NCBI RefSeq assembly: GCF_963921235.1
Contig: NW_026948111.1
Span: forward strand, 62,001-126,000
Source of the DNA: Mobula hypostoma
Taxonomy: Eukaryota
Direction: 5' to 3'
DNA length: 64,000 nucleotides
Part shown: piece by piece, positions 35,685 through 48,627 of the stretch
How the letters are laid out: every line of letters starts with the position of its first letter
Numbering within the stretch: position 1 is the stretch's first letter
Made by a program: the position numbers and the translations under genes
The notes under the pieces: model-generated
Told to the model about the DNA's origin: nothing
The model's input: the letters and a program-made list of their open reading frames with translations, nothing else
The model's database searches: none

Positions 35685-37445
35685 CATCACACGGACAGAG
35701 GGCACTGTGTACAGTCAGTGACGGGGTGCAATGATCACACTGACAGAGGGCACTGTGTATAGTCAGTGATGGGGTGTGACGGTCACACTGACAGGGAACT
35801 GTGTACAGTCAGTGACGGGGTGCAATGATCACACTGACAGAGGGCACTGTGTATAGTCAGTGATGGGGTGTGACGGTCACACTGACAGGGAACTGTGTAC
35901 AGTCAGTGACGGGGTGCAATGATCACACTGACAGAGGGCACTGTGTACAGTCAGTGATGGGGTGTGACAGTCACACTGACAGGGAACTGTGTACAGTCAG
36001 TGACGGGGTGCAATGATCACACTGACAGAGGACACTGTGTATAGTCAGTGATGGGGTGTGACGTCACACTGACAGAGGGGACTGTATACAATCGGTGATG
36101 GGGTGTGACGGTCACACTGACAGAGGACACTGTGTACAGTCAGTGATGGGGTGCGACGGTCACACTGACAGGAGACTGTGTACAGTCAGTGATGGGGTGT
36201 GACGTCACACTGACAGAGGACTGTATACAATCGGTATTGGGGTGTGACGGTCACTGACAGGGGACTGTGTACAGTCGGTGATGGGGTGTGACGGTCACAC
36301 TGACAAGAGACTGTGTACAGTCAGTGATGGGGTGTGACGTCACACTGACAGAGGGGACTGTATACAATCGGTATTGAGGTGTGACGGTCACTGACAGGGG
36401 ATTGTGTACAGTCGGTGATGGGGTGCAATGATCACACTGACAGAGGGCACTGTGTACAGTCAGTGATAGGGTGTGACGTCACACTGACAGGGGACTGTGT
36501 ACAGTCTGTGATGGGGTGCAATGATCACACTGACAGGGGACTGTGTACAGTCAGTGACGGGGTGTGACGTCACACTGACAGAGGGGACTGTATACAATCG
36601 GTGATGGGGTGCGACGGTCACTCTGACAGGGGACTGTGTACAGTCAGTGAAGGGGTGCAATGATCACACTGACAGAGGGGACTGTGTACAGTGGGTGATG
36701 GGGTGTGATAGTCACACTGACAAAGGAGACTGTACAGTCGGTGATGGGGTGTGACGGTCACACTGACAGACGGCACTGTGTACAGTCAGTGATGGGGTGT
36801 GATAGTCACACTAACAAAGGAGACTGTGTACAGTCGGTGATGGGGTGTGACGGTCACTCTGACAGACGGCACTGTGTACAGTCGGGGATGGGGTGTGATA
36901 GTCACACTGACAGGAGACTGTATAGTCATTGATGGGGTGTGATGCACATGCCCAGACACTGTGTACATGCAGTGATGGGGTGTAGTTGCCACACCGACAA
37001 AGAGGACTTTGGAGGAGTAGTGAGGGGGTTCATCCACATAGCCAGGGACTGTGAACAGGCAGTAATGGGGTGTGATGCACATGCCTAGGAACTGTGTACA
37101 GGCAGTAATGGAGTGTGATGGATAGGGACCGTGTACAAGCAGTGATGGGGTACAATGCACATGCCCAGGAACGGTGTACAGGCACTGATGCGGTGCAATT
37201 GTCACACTGACTGGGAGGAATGTGATCAAGCAGTGATGGGGTGTGATGCACATGCATAGGGGATGCGTACAGGCAGTGATGCGGTGTGGTTGTCACACTG
37301 AGAGCAGATACTTTTTCAGTTAGTGATCAGATGTAATTGTCTCACTGACAGAGGGAACCTATTCAAGCAGCAGTGGGGTGTGATGCACAGGAACTGTGTA
37401 CAGGCAGTGATGGGATTGATGCACATGCCCAGAAACTGTACAGGC
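35685..37445. repeat. Minisatellite, 46-48 bp unit, degenerating toward microexon 5
   Basis: GTCACACTGACAG(A)GGGGACTGTGTACAGTCAGTGATGGGGTGTGACG in tandem; exon-proximal units change to ...GATGCACATGCC.... Confidence 0.93.
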
Positions 37446-37488
37446 AGACTGCGACTGAAGCACAGACAGGGGGGCAGTCATGCACCAC

Positions 37489-37509
37489 CTTTTTCGGCTT
37501 TGCTCCACG
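37489..37509 (-). CDS. dctn1: dctn1 microexon 5-equivalent (basic domain), RGAKPKK
   Basis: 21 nt CGTGGAGCAAAGCCGAAAAAG, acceptor TTCATGCAG|, donor AAG|GTGGTG, TACTAAC branch point at 37545-37539. Human exon 5 encodes RGLKPKK. Confidence 0.93.
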
Positions 37510-38144
37510 CTGCATGAAGGGAATGGTATAGGCAGAAGGTTAGTATGTGCTAGCCCACCGGTGAGACTGCCAGCACTCTGGAGCCTCACCCCACCACCCA
37601 GGAGCCGCGGGTCACTTGGCAAGGACCATATGTCAGCAGACTGCAACAGCACTCTGCACAATCAGCCAGCGGGGGGCTGAGATGAGGAGGTGGGCTTGAG
37701 GGAGTTTCAGAGCAGATGTGAGTGGGTGGGGAGAGGGCATTGGTTCGGATCCTGCTGGCAATGTCATGCCCAGCTCAGTGCCCCTGCACCACTCCGACAA
37801 CCCCCTCACCTCTGAGTCAGCCACACTGTGCGGTCGGGTCATGGGGCTAGAGACCCTCTCCCCAAGGTAGAACCACACAACATCCAGTGGTTTTGTGGCC
37901 AACGATTCTGGTCACCGGGAGGTTTCTAACAATATTATTAGTTACGTTGCTTGGTTACCCCAGTGGGATACAATCCTGGTTTCTGGTCTGTCGTCCCATC
38001 TCCCGGACAGACTACCGGCAGGACAGAGGTTACACAGACAACAGGGGAACATGCACAAACCCTCGCCTACAGCCCGAGCGAGTCCTGTGGAAATTAAAAG
38101 CAGGCCTGCTCGCTGCCCACTGACCGTCAGAGCCCACTACTCAC

Positions 38145-38176
38145 CAGTTTTGTGCTCTTAGGTGTCTCAGCAATCT
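38145..38176 (-). CDS. dctn1: dctn1 exon 4-equivalent
   Basis: 32 nt, CCCTTCTCTTTTGCAG|...CTG|GTGAGT, phase 1-0, restoring frame after exon 3. Encodes (E)IAETPKSTKL; human is EGTDTTAKTSKL. Confidence 0.92.
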
Positions 38177-38289
38177 CTGCAAAAGAGAAGGGAGAGAGGT
38201 GAGTGTGGTGATGCTGAACAGAGAGACCACTCACCCTGTTTGCCATGAGCTACCGTCAGCTCCGCCAGCACAAAGATGGGTAGACCATG

Positions 38290-41200
38290 CACCAGACCCT
38301 GCTGGCATCGAGCTGGCTAGACCCCTCACCAAACCCTGAGCTGGATGGACCCCTCACCAGACCCTGAGCTGGATGGACCCCTCACCAGACCCTGAGCTGG
38401 ATGGACCCTCACCAGACCCTGAGTCCTGAGCTGGATGGACCCCTCACCAGACCCTGAGTCCTGAGCTGGATGGACCCCTCACCAGACCCTGAGCCCTGAG
38501 CTGGATGGACCCCTCACCAGACCCTGAGCTGGATGGACCCCTCACCAGACCCTGAACTGGATGGACCCTCACCAGACCCTGAGCTGGATGGACCCCTCAC
38601 CAGACCCTGAGCTGGATGGACCCCTCACCAGACCCTGAATCCTGAGCTGGATGGACCCCTCACCAGACCCTGAGCCCTGAGCTGGATGGACCCCTCACTA
38701 GACCCTGAGATGGATGGACCCCTCACCAGACCCTGAGCCTTGAGCTGGATGGACCTCTCACCAGACCCTGAGCTGGATGGACCCTCACCAGACCCTGAGC
38801 TGGATGGACCCCTCACCAGATCCTGAGCTGGATGGACCCTCACCAGACCCTGAGCTGGATGGACCCTCACCAGACCCTGAGCCCTGAGCTGGCTGGATCC
38901 CTCACCAGACCCTGAGCCCTGAGCTGGACGGACCCCTCACCAGACCCTGAGCTGGATGGACCCCTCACCAGACCCTGAGCCCTGAGCTGGATGGACCCCT
39001 CACCAGACCCTGAGCCCTGAGCTGGATGGACCCCTCACCAGACCCTGAGCCCTGAGCTGGATGGACCCCTCACCAGATCCTGAGATGGATGGACCCCTCA
39101 CCAGACCCTGAGATGGACGGACCCTCACCAGACCCTGAGCTGGATGGACCCTCACCAGACCCTGAGCTGGATGGACCCTCACCAGACCCTGAGCCCTGAG
39201 CTGGCTGGACCCCTCACCAGACCCTGAGCCCTGAGCTGGATGGACCCCTCACCAGACCCTGAGCTGGATGGACCCTCACTAGACACTGAGCTGGATGGAC
39301 CCCTCACCAGACCCTGAGCTGGATGGACCCCTCACCAGACCCTGAGCTGGATGGACCCCTCACCAGACCCTGAGCTGGATGGACCCCTCACCAGACCCTG
39401 AGCTGGATGGACCCCTCACCAGACCCTGAGCCCTGAGCTGGATGGACCCCTCACCAGACCCTGAGCCCTGAGCTGGATGGACCCCTCACCAGACCCTGAG
39501 CCCTGAACTGGATGGACCTCTCACCAGACCCTGAGCTGGATGGACCCTCACCAGACCCTGAGCTGGATGGACCCCTCACCAGACCCTGAGATGGATGGAC
39601 CCCTCACCAGATCCTGAGATGGATGGACCCCTCACCAGACCCTGAGCCCTGAGCTGGATGGACCCCTCACCAGACCCTGAGCCCTGAGCTGGATGGACCC
39701 CTCACCAGACCCTGAGCCCTGAGCTGGATGGACCCCTCACCAGACCCTGAGCCCTGAACTGGATGGACCTCTCACCAGACCCTGAGCTGGATGGACCCTC
39801 ACCAGACCCTGAGCTGGATGGACCACTCACCAGACCCTGAGCTGGATGGACCCTCACCAGACCCTGAGCTGGATGGACCCCTCACCAGACCCTGAGCTGG
39901 ATGGATCCCTCACCAGACCCTGAGCTGGATGGACCCCTCACCAGACCCTGAGATGGATGGACCCCTCACCAGATCCTGAGATGGATGGACCCCTCACCAG
40001 ACCCTGAGATGGATGGACCCCTCACCAGACCCTGAGATGGACGGACCCTCACCAGACCCTGAGCTGGATGGACCCTCACCAGACCCTGAGCTGGATGGAC
40101 CCCTCACCAGACCCTGAGATGGATGGACCCCTCACCAGATCCTGAGATGGATGGACCCCTCACCAGACCCTGAGCTGGATGGACCCCTCACCAGACCCTG
40201 AACTGGATGGACCCTCACCAGAGCCTGAGCTGGATGGACCCCTCACCAGACCCTGAATCCTGAGCTGGATGGACCCCTCACCAGACCCTGAGCCCTGAGC
40301 TGGATGGACCCCTCACCAGACCCTGAGATGGATGGACCCCTCACCAGACCCTGAGCCTTGAGCTGGATGGACCTCTCACCAGACCCTGAGCTGGATGGAC
40401 CCTCACCAGACCCTGAGCAGGATGGACCCCTCACCAGATCCTGAGCTGGATGGACCCTCACCAGACCCTGAGCTGGATGGACCCTCACCAGACCCTGAGC
40501 CCTGAGCTGGCTGTACCCCTCACCAGACCCTGAGCCCTGAGCTGGATGGACCCCTCACCAGACCCTGAGCCCTGAGCTGGATGGACCCCTCACCAGATCC
40601 TGAGATGGATGGACCCCTCACCAGACCCTGAGATGGACGGACCCTCACCAGACCCTGAGCTGGATGGACCCTCACCAGACCCTGAGCTGGATGGACCCTC
40701 ACCAGACCCTGAGCCCTGAGCTGGCTGGACCCCTCACCAGACCCTGAGCCCTGAGCTGGATGGACCCCTCACCAGACCCTGAGCTGGATGGACCCTCACC
40801 AGACCCTGAGCTGGATGGACCCTCACTAGACACTGAGCTGGATGGACCCCTCACCAGACCCTGAGCTGGATGGACCCCTCACCAGACCCTGAGCTGGATG
40901 GACCCCTCACCAGACCCTGAGCTGGATGGACCCCTCACCAGACCCTGAGCTGGATGGACCCCTCACCAGACCCTGAGCCCTGAGCTGGATGGACCCCTCA
41001 CCAGACCCTGAGCCCTGAGCTGGATGGACCCCTCACCAGACCCTGAGCCCTGAGCTGGATGGACCCCTCACCAGACCCTGAGATGGATGGACCCATCACC
41101 AGACCCTGAGCCCTGAACTGGATGGACCTCTCACCAGACCCTGAGCTGGATGGACCCTCACCAGACCCTGAACTGGATGGACCCCTCACCAGACCCTGAG

Positions 41201-44200
41201 ATGGATGGACCCCTCACCAGATCCTGAGATGGATGGACCCCTCACCAGACCCTGAGCCCTGAGCTGGATGGACCCCTCACCAGACCCTGAGCCCTGAGCT
41301 GGATGGACCCCTCACCAGACCCTGAGCCCTGAGCTGGATGGACCCCTCACCAGACCCTGAGATGGATGGACCCCTCACCAGACCCTGAGCCCTGAACTGG
41401 ATGGACCTCTCACCAGACCCTGAGCTGGATGGACCCTCACCAGACCCTGAGCTGGATGGACCCCTCACCAGACCCTGAGATGGATGGACCCCTCACCAGA
41501 TCCTGAGATGGATGGACCCCTCACCAGACCCTGAGATGGATGGACCCCTCACCAGACCCTGAGATGGACGGAGCCTCACCAGACCCTGAGCTGGATGGAC
41601 CCTCACCAGACCCTGAGCTGGATGGACCCTCACCAGACCCTGAGCTGGATGGACCCCTCACCAGACCCTGAGCTGGATGGACCCTCACCAGACCCTGAGC
41701 CCTGAGCTGGATGGACCCCTGACCAGACCCTGAGATGGATGGACCACTCACCAGATCCTGAGATGGATCGACCCCTCACCAGACCCTGAGATGGATGGAC
41801 CCCTCACCAGATCCTGAGCTGGATGGACCCCTCACCAGACCCTGAGCCCTGAGCTGGATGGACCCCTCACCAGACCCTGAGATGGATGGACCCCTCACCA
41901 GACCCTGAGCCCTGAACTGGATGGACCTCTCACCAGACCCTGAGCTGGATGGACCCTCACCAGACCCTGAGCTGGATGGACCCCTCACCAGACCCTGAGC
42001 TGGATGGACCCCTCACCAGACCCTGAGCCCTGAGCTGGATGGACCCCTCACCAGACCCTGAGCCCTGAGCTGGATGGACCCCTCACCAGACCCTGAGCCC
42101 TGAGCTGGATGGACCCCTCACCAGACCCTGAGCCCTGAGCTGGATGGACCCCTCACCAGACCCTGAGATGGATGGACCCCTCACCAGACCCTGAGCCCTG
42201 AACTGGATGGACCTCTCACCAGACCCTGAGCTGGATGGACCCTCACCAGACCCTGAGCTGGATGGACCCCTCACCAGACCCTGAGCTGGATGGACCCTCA
42301 CCAGACCCTGAGCTGGATGGACCCCTCACCAGACCCTGAGCTGGATGGACCCCTCACCAGACCCTGAGCTGGATGGACCCCTCACCAGACCCTGAGATGG
42401 ATGGACCCCTCACCAGATCCTGAGATGGATGGACCCCTCACCAGACCCTGAGATGGATGGACCCCTCACCAGACCCTGAGATGGACGGACCCTCACCAGA
42501 CCCTGAGCTGGATGGACCCTCACCAGACCCTGAGCTGGATGGACCCCTCACCAGACCCTGAGATGGATGGACCCCTCACCAGATCCTGAGATGGATGGAC
42601 CCCTCACCAGACCCTGAGATGGATGGACCCCTCACCAGACCCTGAGATGGACGGAGCCTCACCAGACCCTGAGCTGGATGGACCCTCACCAGACCCTGAG
42701 CTGGATGGACCCTCACCAGACCCTGAGCTGGATGGACCCTCACCAGACCCTGAGCTGGATGGACCCCTCACCAGACCCTGAGCTGGATGGACCCTCACCA
42801 GACCCTGAGCCCTGAGCTGGATGGACCCCTGACCAGACCCTGAGATGGATGGACCACTCACCAGATCCTGAGATGGATCGACCCCTCACCAGACCCTGAG
42901 ATGGATGGACCCCTCACCAGATCCTGAGCTGGATGGACCCCTCACCAGACCCTGAGCCCTGAGCTGGATGGACCCCTCACCAGACCCTGAGATGGATGGA
43001 CCCCTCACCAGACCCTGAGCCCTGAACTGGATGGACCTCTCACCAGACCCTGAGCTGGATGGACCCTCACCAGACCCTGAGCTGGATGGACCCCTCACCA
43101 GACCCTGAGCTGGATGAACCCCTCACCAGACCCTGAGCCCTGAGCTGGATGGACCCCTCACCAGACCCTGAGCCCTGAGCTGGATGGACCCCTCACCAGA
43201 CCCTGAGCCCTGAGCTGGATGGACCCTTCACCAGACCCTGAGATGGATGGACCCCTCACCAGACCCTGAGCCCTGAACTGGATGGACCTCTCACCAGACC
43301 CTGAGCTGGATGGACCCTCACCAGACCCTGAGCTGGATGGACCCCTCACCAGACCCTGAGCTGATGGACCCTCACCAGACCCTGAGCTGGATGGACCGCT
43401 CACCAGACCCTGAGCTGGATGGACCCCTCACCAGACCCTGAGCTGGATGGACCCCTCACCAGACCCTGAGCTGGATGGACACCTCACCAGATCCTGAGAT
43501 GGATGGACCCCTCACCAGACCCTGAGCTGGATGGACCCCTCACCAGACCCTGAGCTGGATGGACCCCTCACCAGACCCTGAGATGGATGGACCCCTCACC
43601 AGATCCTGAGATGGATGGACCCCTCACCAGACCCTGAGATGGATGGACCCCTCACCAGACCCTGAGATGGACGGAGCCTCACCAGACCCTGAGCTGGATG
43701 GACCCTCACCAGACCCTGAGCTGGATGGACCCTCACCAGACCCTGAGCTGGATGGACCCCTCACCAGACCCTGAGCTGGATGGACCCTCACCAGACCCTG
43801 AGCTGGATGGACCCCTGACCAGACCCTGAGATGGATGGACCACTCACCAGATCCTGAGATGGATGGACCCCTCACCAGACCCTGAGATGGATGGACCCCT
43901 CACCAGACCCTGAGATGGATGGACCCTCACCAGATCCTGAGCCCTGAGCTGGCTGGACCCCTCACCAGACCCTGAGCCCTGAGCTGGATGGACCCCTCAC
44001 CAGACCCTGAGCTGGATGGACCCTCACCACACCAGACCCTGAGCCCTGAACTGGATGGACCTCTCACCAGACCCTGAGCTGGATGGACCCTCACCAGACC
44101 CTGAGCTGGATGGACCCCTCACCAGACCCTGAGCTGGATGGACCCCTCACCAGACCCTGAGCCCTGAGCTGGATGGACCCCTCACCAGACCCTGAGCCCT

Positions 44201-47200
44201 GAGCTGGATGGACCCCTCACCAGACCCTGAGCCCTGAGCTGGATGGACCCCTCACCAGACCCTGAGCCCTGAGCTGGATGGACCCCTCACCAGACCCTGA
44301 GATGGATGGACCCCTCACCAGACCCTGAGCCCTGAACTGGATGGACCTCTCACCAGACCCTGAGCTGGATGGACCCTCACCAGACCCTGAGCTGGATGGA
44401 CCCCTCACCAGACCCTGAGCTGGATGGACCCTCACCAGACCCTGAGCTGGATGGACCCCTCACCAGACCCTGAGCTGGATGGACCCCTCACCAGACCCTG
44501 AGCTGGATGGACCCCTCACCAGACCCTGAGATGGATGGACCCCTCACCAGATCCTGAGATGGATGGACCCCTCACCAGACCCTGAGATGGATGGACCCCT
44601 CACCAGACCCTGAGCTGGATGGACCCTCACCAGACCCTGAGCCCTGAGCTGGCTGGACCCCTCACCAGACCCTGAGCCCTGAGCTGGAGAGATGGATGGA
44701 CCCTCACCAGACCCTGAGCTGGATGGACCCTCACCAGACCCTGAGCCCTGAGCTGGCTGGACCCCTCACCAGACCCTGAGCTGGATGGACCCCTCACCAG
44801 ACCCTGAGCTGGATGGACCCCTCACCAGACCCTGAGCTGGATGGACCCTCACCAAGATCCTGAGATGGATCGACCCCTCACCAGACCCTGAGATGGATGG
44901 ACCCCTCACCAGACCCTGAGCTGGATGGACCCCTCACCAGACCCTGAGCCCTGAGCTGGATGGACCCCTCACCAGACCCTGAGCTGGATGGACCCCTCAC
45001 CAGACCCTGAGCTGGATGGACCCCTCACCAGACCCTGAGCTGGATGGACCCCTTGGACCCCTCACCAGACCCTGAGCTGGATGGACCCCTCACCAGACCC
45101 TGAGATGGATGGACCCCTCACCAGACCCTGAGATGGAGAGCTGGATGGACCCCTCACCAGACCCTGAGATGGATGGACCACTCACCAGATCCTGAGATGG
45201 ATGGACCCCTCACCAGACCCTGAGATGGATGGACCCCTCACCAGACCCTGAGATGGATGGACCCTCACCAGACCCTGAGCCCTGAGCTGGCTGGACCCCT
45301 CACCAGACCCTGAGCCCTGAGCTGGATGGACCCCTCACCAGACCCTGAGCTGGATGGACCCTCACCAGACCCTGAGCTGGATGGACCCCTCACCAGACCC
45401 TGAGCTGGATGGACCCCTCACCAGACCCTGAGCTGGATGGACCCCTCACCAGACCCTATCCTGAAATGGATGGAAGCTGGCTGGACCCCTCACCAGACCC
45501 TGAGCCCTGAGCTGGATGGACCCCTCACCAGACCCTGAGCTGGATGGACCCTCACCAGACCCTGAGCTGGATGGACCCTCACCAGACCCTGAGCTGGATG
45601 GACCCTCACCAGACCCTGAGCTGGATGGACCCCTCACCAGACCCTGAGCCCTGAGCTGGATGGACCCCTCATCAGACCCTGAGATGGATGGACCCCTCAC
45701 CAGACTCTGAGCCCTGAACTGGATGGACCTCTCACCAGACCCTGAGCTGGATGGACCCTCACCAGACCCTGAGCTGGATGGACCCCTCACCAGACCCTGA
45801 GCTGGATGGACCCCTCACCAGACCCTGAGCTGGATGGACCCCTCACCAGACCCTGAGCCCTGAGCTGGATGGACCCCTCACCAGACCCTGAGCTGGATGG
45901 ACCCCTCACCAGACCCTGAGCTGGATGGACCCCTCACCAGACCCTGAGATGGATGGACCCCTCACCAGACCCTGAGCCCTGAACTGGATGGACCTCTCAC
46001 CAGACCCTGAGCTGGATGGACCCTCACCAGACCCTGAGCTGGATGGACCCCTCACCAGACCCTGAGCTGATGGACCCTCACCAGACCTTGAGCTGGATGG
46101 ACCCCTCACCAGACCCTGAGCTGGATGGACCCTCACCAGACCCTGAGCCCTGAGCTGGATGGACCCCTGACCAGACCCTCAGATGGATGGACCACTCACC
46201 AGATCCTGAGATGGATGGACCCCTCACCAGACCCTGAGATGGATGGACCCCTCACCAGACCCTGAGCTGGATGGACCCTCACCAGACCCTGAGCCCTGAG
46301 CTGGCTGGACCCCTCACCAGACCCTGAGCCCTGAGCTGGATGGACCCCTCACCAGACCCTGAGCTGGATGGACCCTCACCAGACCCTGAGCTGGATGGAC
46401 CCTCACCAGACCCTGAGCTGGATGGACCCCTCACCAGACCCTGAGCTCTGAGCTGGATGGACCCCTCACCAGACCCTGAGATGGATGGACCCCTCACCAG
46501 ATCCTGAGATGGATGGACCCCTCACCAGATCCTGAAATGGATGGACCCTCACCAGACCCTGAGATGGATGGACCCCTCATCAGACCCTGAGATGGATGGA
46601 CCCTCACCAGACCCTGAGCTGGATGGACCCTCACCGGACCCTGAGCCCTGAGCTGGCTGGACCCCTCACCAGACCCTGAGCTGGATGGACCCCTCACCAG
46701 ACCCTGAGCTGGATGGACCCCTCACCAGACCCTGAGCTGGATGGACCCCTCACTAGACCCTGAGATGGATGGACCCTCATCAGACCCTGAGCTGGATGGA
46801 TCCTCACCAGACCCTGAGATGGATGGACCCCTCACCAGACCCTGAGCTGGATGGAGCCTCACCTGACCCTGAGCCCTGAGATGGATGGACCCCTCACCAG
46901 ACCCTGAGCTGGTTGGACCCCTCACCAGACCCTGAGCTCGATGGACCCCTCACCAGACCCTGAGCTGGATGGACCCTCACCAGACGCTGAGCTGGATGGA
47001 CCCTCACCAGACGCTGAGCTGGATGGACCCTCACCAGACACTGAGCTGGATGGACCCTTCACCAGACCCTGAGCTGGATGGACCCTCACCAGACCCTGAG
47101 CTGGATGGACCCTCACCAGACCCTGAGCTGGATGGACCCTCACCAGACCCTGAGCTGGATGGACCCCTCACCAGACCCTGAGCCCTGAGCTGGATGGACC

Positions 47201-48612
47201 CCTCATCAGACCCTGAGATGGATGGACCCCTCACCAGACTCTGAGCCCTGAACTGGATGGACCTCTCACCAGACCCTGAGCTGGATGGACCCTCACCAGA
47301 CCCTGAGCTGGATGGACCCCTCACCAGACCCTGAGCTGGATGGACCCCTCACCAGACCCTGAGCTGGATGGACCCCTCACCAGACCCTGAGCCCTGAGCT
47401 GGATGGACCCCTCACCAGACCCTGAGCTGGATGGACCCCTCACCAGACCCTGAGCTGGATGGACCCCTCACCAGACCCTGAGATGGATGGACCCCTCACC
47501 AGACCCTGAGCCCTGAACTGGATGGACCTCTCACCAGACCCTGAGCTGGATGGACCCTCACCAGACCCTGAGCTGGATGGACCCCTCACCAGACCCTGAG
47601 CTGATGGACCCTCACCAGACCTTGAGCTGGATGGACCCCTCACCAGACCCTGAGCTGGATGGACCCTCACCAGACCCTGAGCCCTGAGCTGGATGGACCC
47701 CTGACCAGACCCTGAGATGGATGGACCACTCACCAGATCCTGAGATGGATGGACCCCTCACCAGACCCTGAGATGGATGGACCCCTCACCAGACCCTGAG
47801 CTGGATGGACCCTCACCAGACCCTGAGCCCTGAGCTGGCTGGACCCCTCACCAGACCCTGAGCCCTGAGCTGGATGGACCCCTCACCAGACCCTGAGCTG
47901 GATGGACCCTCACCAGACCCTGAGCTGGATGGACCCTCACCAGACCCTGAGCTGGATGGACCCCTCACCAGACCCTGAGCTCTGAGCTGGATGGACCCCT
48001 CACCAGACCCTGAGATGGATGGACCCCTCACCAGATCCTGAGATGGATGGACCCCTCACCAGATCCTGAAATGGATGGACCCTCACCAGACCCTGAGATG
48101 GATGGACCCCTCATCAGACCCTGAGATGGATGGACCCTCACCAGACCCTGAGCTGGATACCCTCACCGGACCCTGAGCCCTGAGCTGGCTGGACCCCTCA
48201 CCAGACCCTGAGCTGGATGGACCCCTCACCAGACCCTGAGCTGGATGGACCCCTCACCAGACCCTGAGCTGGATGGACCCCTCACTAGACCCTGAGATGG
48301 ATGGACCCTCATCAGACCCTGAGCTGGATGGATCCTCACCAGACCCTGAGATGGATGGACCCCTCACCAGACCCTGAGCTGGATGGAGCCTCACCTGACC
48401 CTGAGCCCTGAGATGGATGGACCCCTCACCAGACCCTGAGCTGGTTGGACCCCTCACCAGACCCTGAGCTCGATGGACCCCTCACCAGACCCTGAGCTGG
48501 ATGGACCCTCACCAGACGCTGAGCTGGATGGACCCTCACCAGACGCTGAGCTGGATGGACCCTCACCAGACACTGAGCTGGATGGACCCTTCACCAGACC
48601 CTGAGCTGGATG
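38290..48612. repeat. Large satellite (about 10.3 kb; 28/29/36-bp units; roughly 340 copies) with higher-order duplications
   Basis: CCCTCACCAGACCCTGAG(CCCTGAG)CTGGATGGAC(C) in tandem; rare variants recur at kb-scale offsets. Confidence 0.98.
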
Positions 48613-48627
48613 TCCCCAATAGCCCAG

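Noticed and set aside
36058..36575. Several TGACGTCA (CRE) palindromes
   Set aside because: They arise from a 1-nt deletion variant of the minisatellite unit; no promoter context is visible.
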